Below are positions 56,442 through 64,000 of a stretch of DNA of 64,000 nucleotides, piece after piece. Each line of letters starts with the position of its first letter. The stretch's first letter is position 1. Source of the DNA: Deferribacterales bacterium (lineage in GTDB: Bacteria; Chrysiogenota; Deferribacteres; Deferribacterales; Geovibrionaceae); contig JBFWLW010000001.1 in the NCBI GenBank assembly GCA_050251945.1, positions 1 through 64,000 on the forward strand, given 5' to 3'. Position numbers and translations under genes: made by a program. Under the pieces are notes generated by a model that did no database searches, was not told the DNA's origin, and saw nothing but the letters and a program-made list of their open reading frames with translations.

Positions 56442-57933
56442 TCAGCACGCGTCCGACAGTATTTATTATATCCGTGGTCATAACGGTTTTTTCGTTCATA
56501 GTCTCAAGCACCAGTTCAGCCGCTCTGCCCAGTGTAAAGCTGCCTAACATACAGGCAAAATCAAGGTCGTATCCCTGCGCGGCGTATCCTGTTATAAGCC
56601 CTGTGAGGCAGTCGCCGCTTCCGCCCTTGCTGAGAGCCGGCGAACCGGATATGTCAACGAAGACCAGCCCGTTTGGGAGCGCTATGAGAGTATCTGCGCT
56701 TTTCAGCACTACGATAATGCCGTTGTCGCTTGCGAAGTTACTGGCAAGATTTATCCTGTCGCGGTTGACCTCTTCTGTCGTCAGCCCCGTCAGTCTTGCA
56801 AATTCGCCTATGTGGGGTGTGATAGCACATCTGCCGGCAAGTTTTTTGAGCTGCTTCTTTTTGAGCAGGTTTATTCCGTCCGCATCTATTATGAGCGGCA
56901 GTTTTGTTTTGTTTATCAGTCTGCCCAGAAACTCTGCCGTTTCGTCGGCTGTGCCGATTCCCATGCCGATTGAGGCAACTGACTTGTTCTCAAGGAAATC
57001 CGCCAGTTTGTCCGTTCCGTCCGCGGTGAAAAAATCGCCTTCGCCCACAGGCAGCGACATTATTTCCGGGTTGGAATTTTCTGCTGTGCGGATAAGCCCT
57101 TTCGGGACAGCCGCCGTAGTAAGCCCTGCTCCGCAAACCGCACATGCTCGTGACGCCATAAGCACCGCACCGGATTTACCGATACTTCCGCCGATAACAA
57201 CGGCGTGACCGAAATTGCCCTTGTGGCTGTCAGGTTCTCTGGGAGTGACAACCGGAAGGTTTTCCGGCGTCAGAAGATACGTGTGGCAACCGGTTATTGC
57301 AAAATCCGGAATTGATATATCAACTATTATAACCTCTCCGCAGAGTTTGCGGGCGGGGTACATAACATGCGGGAATTTGGGACGTGCAAAAGTTACCGTA
57401 AGGTCGGCATCCACTGCCGTGCCGATAGTGAGCCATGTATCGCCGCAAAGTCCGCTGGGTATATCCACCGATGCAGTAAATTCCGCCGACAGGTTTATGC
57501 TGTTCACCAGCTCTTCCAGATATCCCGAAAGAGGGCGTGTCAGCCCTGTGCCGAAGAGCGCGTCGACAGTCACATCGTAGCTTTCAAATGAAGGTATCTC
57601 TTCGTCTGTTATGGCGAATATGTTTATCGGATAGTTCTTCAGTATGTTAAGGTTAAGCAGTGCGTCCCCTTTTAGTTTTTCGGGGTCGCAGGCAAGGTAA
57701 ACGTCGGTATGTATGCCTGCGTTGCAGAGAAGTCTTGCCGCTGCCAGTCCGTCGCCGCCGTTGTTTCCGCTTCCGCAGATAACAGCCGCAGATGTCATTT
57801 CGGGCATCTTTTCCAGAAGCACGCGGACAAAAGCGCCGGATGCGTTTTCCATCAGAACTGCCGAAGGAATACCTATGTTGTTGATGGCGAAGCTGTCGGC
57901 TTTAGCCATCTGAAAGGAGCTCAGTATCTCCAT
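56419..57933 (-). CDS. nnr: Bifunctional NAD(P)HX epimerase/dehydratase
   Basis: LMENA, GNNGGDG, DALFGTG, DIPSG, HKGNFG, DADG, TPH.GE, GGSGD. Confidence 0.95.
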   Translation of the reverse strand: MEILSSFQMAKADSFAINNIGIPSAVLMENASGAFVRVLLEKMPEMTSAAVICGSGNNGGDGLAAARLLCNAGIHTDVYLACDPEKLKGDALLNLNILKNYPINIFAITDEEIPSFESYDVTVDALFGTGLTRPLSGYLEELVNSINLSAEFTASVDIPSGLCGDTWLTIGTAVDADLTVTFARPKFPHVMYPARKLCGEVIIVDISIPDFAITGCHTYLLTPENLPVVTPREPDSHKGNFGHAVVIGGSIGKSGAVLMASRACAVCGAGLTTAAVPKGLIRTAENSNPEIMSLPVGEGDFFTADGTDKLADFLENKSVASIGMGIGTADETAEFLGRLINKTKLPLIIDADGINLLKKKQLKKLAGRCAITPHIGEFARLTGLTTEEVNRDRINLASNFASDNGIIVVLKSADTLIALPNGLVFVDISGSPALSKGGSGDCLTGLITGYAAQGYDLDFACMLGSFTLGRAAELVLETMNEKTVMTTDIINTVGRVLNELEQNS

Positions 57934-57934
57934 G

Positions 57935-58117
57935 TCAGTATCCGCCTGTGTCTTCCACCTGTTTTGCCTCGTCAATGAGCATCACGGGGATACCCTCGCG
58001 GATTTCGTAAAGGAGTTTGCACGAATCGCATACGATATATTTTTCGTCTTTTGATTCCCTGACAGGTTGTTTGCATTTGGGACATGCCAAAACGTCAAGA
58101 AGCTCTTTCTTTATCAT
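57935..58117 (-). CDS. Trm112/YcaR family protein
   Basis: LLDVLACPKCK...C..C...YEIREGIPVML. Confidence 0.9.
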   Translation of the reverse strand: MIKKELLDVLACPKCKQPVRESKDEKYIVCDSCKLLYEIREGIPVMLIDEAKQVEDTGGY

Positions 58118-58179
58118 AAGTCACCTTAAGAATTATGTTTGTGTGTCAATTTAGAGCAATTTACGGATAAATACAAGGA

Positions 58180-59898
58180 TTACAGCAGTTCAATTTCAGG
58201 TTTGCCGAAATAGTAGCCCTGAACGTAGTCCACGCCGAGTTCCTTCATCAGCCCGTAAATTTCTTCGGATGAAACAAATTCTCCGATGGTCTTTATACCC
58301 GCTCTGTGACACATGCTTACGATGGTTTCGGTGAGCAGTCTTGCGCGTTTTGAGTCGAGTATCTGGCGTGTTATCGAACCGTCTATTTTAAGGAAGTCCG
58401 GCTGGAGGGAAAGGATATACATGAAGTTTGAATAGCCTGTGCCGAAATCGTCGATGGCTATCAGACATCCTTCCTGTTTCGCTTTGCTCACAAAGGCAGC
58501 AAGCTCGCTGAGGTTGTCTATTCCTTCCGATTCCGTTATCTCGATTGTCACTCTGCCCTGAAGACCGTATTTGCGTACCGCCTCGAAAAGCTTTGTGTGC
58601 ATTTTTGGGTTAAGCACGTCCTCTTTATCGAAGTTGAACGAGATGCGTTTGTCGGTATCCTTTATCTTGTCGATGGTCTTCATAAGCATTATGGAAGACA
58701 GGTCGTTGTAAAGCTTAAGCTGTTTGGAAAGCTCAAGAAAACACATCGGCGGGATGAACTTGCCGCTTTCGTCCTGAATACGGATGAGTGCTTCGTGCTT
58801 GAATATCTTTCCGGTGGCAGTATCGGCGATGGGCTGGAAATGTGGAACAACTCTGTCGAGCCGCACGGCGTCGCGCAGGGCGGTTGTATACTGTATCGTT
58901 TCGCGCATCTGTTCCGCTACCTGATGAACTTCGGAATAGGTTGTGAGTGTCTTTTTGTTCTGTCTCGCCTGCTTAATTGCCATTCCGGCTTTGACCAGCG
59001 GGTTGTCGTGTCCGAGAGCCGTGCCTGACGTCAGGTTGAGCTGTATCTCGTTGCCGTCTGAGTGAAACCGGTGTTCGGTTATCTCATGCATAATATTTTT
59101 GATGGTAAGGTTAAATGCGTCAATATCTTTCATGCCTTCGGCGAGAACAGCGAATTCGTCGCCGCTCAGCCTGTATGCGGTCATTGAAAGATCAAGTTTG
59201 TTTTTCAGCAGGCTGGCGAAATCAATCAGTATCTCGTCACCCGATTCAAGACCGTAATATGTGTTTATAGTGCTGAACGAGTCGATATTTATGATGGCGA
59301 GCGCCGGTTCCTCTATTTTTTCAAGGTCAAGGCGCATCCTTGTTCTGTTGGGAAAACCTGTGAGCGGGTCTGTGTACTGTTTCTTTATCTGTTCCTGCTG
59401 AACGTACACTTCCGTGAGGTCTTTGCGTATGGAGAGATATTCGGTTATGCGGTTGTTGTCGTCGCGTATGGGGACAACGGACGTTTCAAGGTATACCGTG
59501 TGTCCGTCCTTCGCCTGATTCAGTATCATCCCCGACCATATCTGACCTTCCTGAAGTGTCGAGAACATCTCTTCATAGGTTTTCTGCGGGGTGTCGGGGT
59601 GAGAGAGAATGTCGTATCTGCTTCCTACCACTTCGTCGAACATATAGCCCACTGCGTTCAGATACGCTCTGTTTATGTATTTCATAATGCCTGCGGTGTC
59701 CATCACACACATGAGGTTTGAAGCGTCAACCCCGCTGAGATATTGCTGTATACGGGCGTTTGCCGCCTTCAGTTTCTTATTGGTTTCCGCCATTTTTTTC
59801 TTTTGTCTTACAAAATACAGAGTGAAAAGGAGGGCAGAAATCAACTGTGATATCACGAGGAATACCAGCACTACACTCAAAGACAGAAGACCAGACAT
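58180..59898 (-). CDS. TM-PAS-GGDEF-EAL protein
   Basis: N-terminal TM, PAS/PAC, DPLTG.PNR, RLSGDEF, HEALIR, EITE, DDFGTGYS, QGYYF. Confidence 0.92.
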   Translation of the reverse strand: MSGLLSLSVVLVFLVISQLISALLFTLYFVRQKKKMAETNKKLKAANARIQQYLSGVDASNLMCVMDTAGIMKYINRAYLNAVGYMFDEVVGSRYDILSHPDTPQKTYEEMFSTLQEGQIWSGMILNQAKDGHTVYLETSVVPIRDDNNRITEYLSIRKDLTEVYVQQEQIKKQYTDPLTGFPNRTRMRLDLEKIEEPALAIINIDSFSTINTYYGLESGDEILIDFASLLKNKLDLSMTAYRLSGDEFAVLAEGMKDIDAFNLTIKNIMHEITEHRFHSDGNEIQLNLTSGTALGHDNPLVKAGMAIKQARQNKKTLTTYSEVHQVAEQMRETIQYTTALRDAVRLDRVVPHFQPIADTATGKIFKHEALIRIQDESGKFIPPMCFLELSKQLKLYNDLSSIMLMKTIDKIKDTDKRISFNFDKEDVLNPKMHTKLFEAVRKYGLQGRVTIEITESEGIDNLSELAAFVSKAKQEGCLIAIDDFGTGYSNFMYILSLQPDFLKIDGSITRQILDSKRARLLTETIVSMCHRAGIKTIGEFVSSEEIYGLMKELGVDYVQGYYFGKPEIELL

Positions 59899-60004
59899 TA
59901 TATTGCTCCGGGACAGGCATTTTGCCTTATTAAATTAAATCACTGGAATCATAAACTATTATTATGATATATTATACTTTCAACCGTAAAGTAAAGGGTT
60001 AAAT

Positions 60005-60928
60005 ATGACGAAATCTGACGAAAACAGACTTTTTTATTCTCTGAATGATTATCTGAGAGATAAATACGGACGAAAAGTCCGTAAAATATCTGTTAATGCT
60101 GGGTTTACATGCCCGAACCGTGACGGCATGAAAGGTGAGGGCGGCTGTGCATACTGCAATGTGGATTCGTTCACCATTCCTTCGGAAAACTCAATTACAT
60201 GTCAGGTGACGGAACGTGCGGAAAAACTCCGCGCGCAGGGCGTCAACACTTTTATCCTTTATTTCCAATCATATTCAAACACTTATGCAGATATGGAAAC
60301 TATCAGAAGAAGGATGGATCTGGCGCTGGTCGATGAAGGTATAGTCTCAGTTTACATCGGAACCCGTCCCGACGTCATAGATGCGGAAAAACTGGAATAT
60401 TATGCCAAATTGAACGAAAAGTACGAAATAATGCTGGAATACGGGCTGCAGTCAGCCAATGACAACACTTTAAAGCTCATAAACAGAGGTCATACGACTG
60501 CCGAATTTGCGGATGCAGTGCGGTTAACCCACAAATACGGAATAAAGACATGCGCTCATATAATTTTCGGACTGCCGGGGGATACACGCGAGGACATGAT
60601 GCGCTCGGTGGAGCTTTGCGTTGAACTGGGTATGCACTCCATTAAATTTCATCATCTGCATGTGGTGAAAAATACTCCCCTTGCTGACTGGTACTATAAA
60701 GGCAATGTGGATCTTCTTACGCAGCAGCAGTACATTGAGATACTTGCGGAGGGAATAGGGCGGATGAAACCAGACATGGTTGTCGCCAGACTGGTGGGCG
60801 ACGCCGCTGGAGATCTGCTTATAGCTCCCATGTGGCCTCAGAATAAAGCAGAATTTACACAGGAACTTATAAAATATATGACGGAAAATGGTATATATCA
60901 GGGGTGCAGGTTTGACCATCCATTATGA
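60005..60928 (+). CDS. Radical SAM protein, YhcC/TIGR01212 family
   Basis: GFTCPNRDG..G.GGCAYC, YFQ.YSNTY, GTRPD, GLQS, INRGH, GLPG. Confidence 0.92.
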   Translation: MTKSDENRLFYSLNDYLRDKYGRKVRKISVNAGFTCPNRDGMKGEGGCAYCNVDSFTIPSENSITCQVTERAEKLRAQGVNTFILYFQSYSNTYADMETIRRRMDLALVDEGIVSVYIGTRPDVIDAEKLEYYAKLNEKYEIMLEYGLQSANDNTLKLINRGHTTAEFADAVRLTHKYGIKTCAHIIFGLPGDTREDMMRSVELCVELGMHSIKFHHLHVVKNTPLADWYYKGNVDLLTQQQYIEILAEGIGRMKPDMVVARLVGDAAGDLLIAPMWPQNKAEFTQELIKYMTENGIYQGCRFDHPL

Positions 60929-62300
60929 CAACCTGCTGACCTATCTTTTTGAACTGCTGTCGTTTGTTCTTATAATGATAATTCTGTCGGGCAGAAGGGA
61001 GGCGAGAGCAAACCTTTCGTGGGTGCTTGCGGTCATTCTTTTTCCCGTTGTCGGCGCGCTTGCATACCTTATCTTCGGTAACCCCAGACTTAAGAATATC
61101 GTTGAAAAGCGCATGAAGCGCTACCCTTTTCTCGACAGGACGATATGCAAGGACAAAAGGTGCGAGGTGGACGTCGGGGAACTCGGCAGGCTTATCACAA
61201 AAGTGACTGGGATGCACCCTGTCAGGTGTCTTAATCTGAAACTGATAAGCGATGCGGCGGAAAAATACGATCTTCTGGAAAGGGATATCGTGTCCGCCAA
61301 AAATTATATATTGATGGAATATTATCTGTTCCGTGACGACAGCGTAGGTCGGCATTTTGCCTCACTTCTTGAACAGAAGGCGCGGGAGGGTGTTTGCGTA
61401 TACTTCATGGTGGACGGATGGGGTTCCATGGGGCTGATATTAACCAGCCTTATGAAACGTCTCAGAAAAGCCGGTGTGAAAACGGCTGTGTTTCATTCCC
61501 CGTTCGGTCTTAGGACTGCTTCACGGGTGAATTTCAGAAACCACCGTAAGATAGCTGTGATAGACGGCAGGATTGCCTATATGGGCGGAATGAACATCGG
61601 ACATGAATATCAGGAATGGGCGGACGCGCATCTTCGTTTTGAGGGGAACGCTGTGAACTCTGTTGCCGGATATTTTGCCGAAGACTGGATGTTCGCCACA
61701 GGCGGGGATATATCCGAAAATATTCTGGTTCCGAAGGGTATGGACTGCGGCGACAGAACCGTGCATATCATTCCGTCCGGACCGCACCAGACAACGCCTA
61801 TGATATACGATTCACTGTTCACCGTAATGAACAGGGCGAGACACTCCATAGACATTATCACGCCTTATCTGGTGCCTAATCAGCCCATGATGGAAGTTCT
61901 GAAAAATATATCGAAACAGGGGATAAAAGTGCGCATTGTTGTGCCGGGCAAAAACAATCATCCCATCATTGCCGCGGCGGGCAGGTCGTACTATGAAGAG
62001 CTTATCGAGGCCGGAGTTATTATTTATGAAGCTAAGGATAAAATGATACATGCCAAGATAATCACCATAGACGGCATCTGGACTACCGTCGGGTCAGCGA
62101 ATATGGATACCAGAAGCTTCAGACTGAATTTTGAACTGAATCTGATGGTTTATTCTGCGGAATTTGCTGAGCAGGTGAAAAATCTGATACTGCACTATAT
62201 CAGCATGTCGGAGAGTGTCGCACTTGATGAACTCAAAAAAAGACCCTTCTATGTACGTGTTTTCGAGGGCGGCTGCCGTTCCCTTGGTCCCGTGCTTTAA
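60888..62300 (+). CDS. cls: Cardiolipin synthase
   Basis: N-terminal PLD TM hairpin; two HKD motifs (HRKIAVID, HAKIITID); true start may be TTG at 60912. Confidence 0.93.
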   Translation: MVYIRGAGLTIHYDNLLTYLFELLSFVLIMIILSGRREARANLSWVLAVILFPVVGALAYLIFGNPRLKNIVEKRMKRYPFLDRTICKDKRCEVDVGELGRLITKVTGMHPVRCLNLKLISDAAEKYDLLERDIVSAKNYILMEYYLFRDDSVGRHFASLLEQKAREGVCVYFMVDGWGSMGLILTSLMKRLRKAGVKTAVFHSPFGLRTASRVNFRNHRKIAVIDGRIAYMGGMNIGHEYQEWADAHLRFEGNAVNSVAGYFAEDWMFATGGDISENILVPKGMDCGDRTVHIIPSGPHQTTPMIYDSLFTVMNRARHSIDIITPYLVPNQPMMEVLKNISKQGIKVRIVVPGKNNHPIIAAAGRSYYEELIEAGVIIYEAKDKMIHAKIITIDGIWTTVGSANMDTRSFRLNFELNLMVYSAEFAEQVKNLILHYISMSESVALDELKKRPFYVRVFEGGCRSLGPVL

Positions 62301-63559
62301 AGCAGGTTGCAAGCTCTGCTGTCAATGAAGTCTATGCAGAGAATGTATGTGCTGTCTTCGGATTCAAATCTTTTTGCCATTGTTCTGCAAAGCATTCCGG
62401 TTGCCAGTGATATGTATGGATCAGTGTAGTACGAGAGCAGATTAAGGCTGTTTATAAAGTAGAAATACTCTTTCAGAGAGTGGTCTGTACCCGTTTTTGA
62501 AGGGTGGAACAGGCTGTGTTCGCAGTCGGGTATATCAAATCCGCATATCGTATCTCCAACCTGAACACCGTCTTCGTTCAGAAAGTAGACACATTCTATA
62601 TCCTTGTGAGTCTTAATAAATTCAATAGCGATACTGACGAAGTCTATTTCATGTGTGTTCACGACCTCATCCAGCATTCTGTTCAGGATACTTTCAAAGT
62701 TTGCGTGCTGGAACCGTTTCTGTTCAAGGTTCACAGCCATGTAGTCCTTTATCTCGTATGAAAGACCGTCCATCATGGTCTTGCAGCAGAAGTTCTGGAG
62801 ATCTGCCCTGCTTTTAGGTTTTGAGAAGAAAAAGCCCTGAAAGAGGTCAGCGCCAAGCTCGTGGCACTTCATAACGTCCTCTTTGGATTCGACTCCCTCC
62901 GCCAGCGTCAGCGAGCCTATTTTTTTGCCGAGGTCTATTATCGACTTTATGATGGATTGCTGATAGTAGCTCTGGCTTACGTTGTGGATGAGACTTCTGT
63001 CTATTTTGATGATATCCGGTTTGGATATTACAAGTCTGTTCAGGTTTGAGTGCAGTGCGCCGAAATCGTCCAGAACAACGAACATGCCCAGTGCGGAAAA
63101 TTTTTCCGTGATGGCTTCAAGTTTACTGTTGTTTTCTATTTTGGATTCCAGTATCTCAACTGCGATGTTCTGATATTTAAGTCCGGCTTCGTCTGCGTAT
63201 ATTTTTGTCCAGGATTTATCTTCATCAATAACGTTGTCCAGAACGGATGCATCGAAATTGAGGAAAAGAACAAGGTTTTCGTGGTCGGTTATGTTGGCGA
63301 ACTCTTTCATGGCTGTTTTGCGGCAGAGCCTGTCCAGCGCAAGTACGAGATTATGTCTTTTTGCTTCGTTGAAAAGGGTTATGGGTGAGATCACTGTCCG
63401 GTCGGCGGGGTTGATTCCCCTGCAAAGAGCTTCAACTCCGACGGCCTTTTTCAGTTTCAGACTGAGAATAGGCTGAAACTCGATCCTTATAAGCTCTTTT
63501 TCCACAATCTCCGCAATATCAAAACCAATATTTTCCAAAAAATTCTCCGCAGTTTTCAT
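62297..63559 (-). CDS. EAL-domain protein with C-terminal YkuI-like/PDC sensor domain
   Basis: FQPI, VEALCR, EILE, DDFG, KIDR, AEGVE, QGFFF; C-terminal DHSLKEYF...TDPYIS...LCIDF. Confidence 0.88.
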   Translation of the reverse strand: MKTAENFLENIGFDIAEIVEKELIRIEFQPILSLKLKKAVGVEALCRGINPADRTVISPITLFNEAKRHNLVLALDRLCRKTAMKEFANITDHENLVLFLNFDASVLDNVIDEDKSWTKIYADEAGLKYQNIAVEILESKIENNSKLEAITEKFSALGMFVVLDDFGALHSNLNRLVISKPDIIKIDRSLIHNVSQSYYQQSIIKSIIDLGKKIGSLTLAEGVESKEDVMKCHELGADLFQGFFFSKPKSRADLQNFCCKTMMDGLSYEIKDYMAVNLEQKRFQHANFESILNRMLDEVVNTHEIDFVSIAIEFIKTHKDIECVYFLNEDGVQVGDTICGFDIPDCEHSLFHPSKTGTDHSLKEYFYFINSLNLLSYYTDPYISLATGMLCRTMAKRFESEDSTYILCIDFIDSRACNLL

Positions 63560-64000
63560 GATTTCAAACTATCAATAAAGTCGATGCATAAAATATAATC
63601 TTCATCTCTGACGGTCAGCGTACACGACATCGTTCTCAATATATTTCTGGAAGTGCTTGAGATGAACGTGTCAGTAAAATATCGTCCGGCATCCAGTTTT
63701 TTCAAGTAATAATAATAATCCTTTAAAGAATGATCCGAATGGTTTTCGTGGAACATGCTGAAGGATTTTGTTTTGCGTATTTCATGAATAGGGTTCATCA
63801 CTGACGGCAAAGTCTGCATGCCTTCATTGTCCAGCAGAAAGATCCTTTCAATCTCAGGAAAAAAGCTGATGTTTGCTATGAGTGCCTTGTAGAATGCGTC
63901 GAGACTGCGCCCTTTGGCTTCCTGTTTCAGCAGTGACGTTATATTTTCAAAGTTGGTGTGTCTGTTTTTTCTGATGGTGACGTTTTCCGCCAGTTTGTTT
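63556..64000 (-). CDS. C-terminal part of a paralogous protein with the same EAL-associated domain (truncated by window edge)
   Basis: Frame open to the window end (NKLAENVTIRKNRHTNFENI...IERIFLLDNEGMQ...DHSLKDYY...TDTFIS...LCIDF), colinear with the C-terminus of 62297-63559. Confidence 0.82.
   Translation of the reverse strand, partial: NKLAENVTIRKNRHTNFENITSLLKQEAKGRSLDAFYKALIANISFFPEIERIFLLDNEGMQTLPSVMNPIHEIRKTKSFSMFHENHSDHSLKDYYYYLKKLDAGRYFTDTFISSTSRNILRTMSCTLTVRDEDYILCIDFIDSLKS

Overview
Mostly core chromosome of an anaerobic bacterium of moderate GC. Gene content (triheme c7-type cytochrome, long RpoD, many c-di-GMP proteins) suggests a Deferribacterota-like organism, but this is inference only. 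Housekeeping blocks: cysS; ileS-lspA-purH-purD-purE-tsaC; accA-mutL-miaA-hfq-...-ftsB-xseA-greA; dnaG-rpoD-tRNA(CAT)-nif3-Zn ribbon-rnhA; ycaR-nnr-tsaE-valS-nadC-trxB-rsmI; rnpB; cls. Accessory genes: a CadC/SmtB regulator with a P1B ATPase, two tandem Tat-lipoprotein metallophosphoesterases, tandem GntR regulators, an MVL-type lectin, a transglutaminase-like secreted protein and tandem EAL proteins. The most unusual signal is non-coding and nested. A 141-186 bp non-autonomous element with IS1182-like terminal inverted repeats sits at intrinsic terminators and duplicates the whole hairpin (two complete copies, one truncated). Its only cargo is a head-to-head doublet of CGTC-tagged REP-like palindromes, which also occur free. 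One copy appears interrupted at CTAG by an IS630-like element at the window edge. Also seen: a 125-bp ERIC-like palindrome, at least three genes with a clean leaderless promoter layout, and a candidate sRNA. No CRISPR array, rRNA or prophage was seen.
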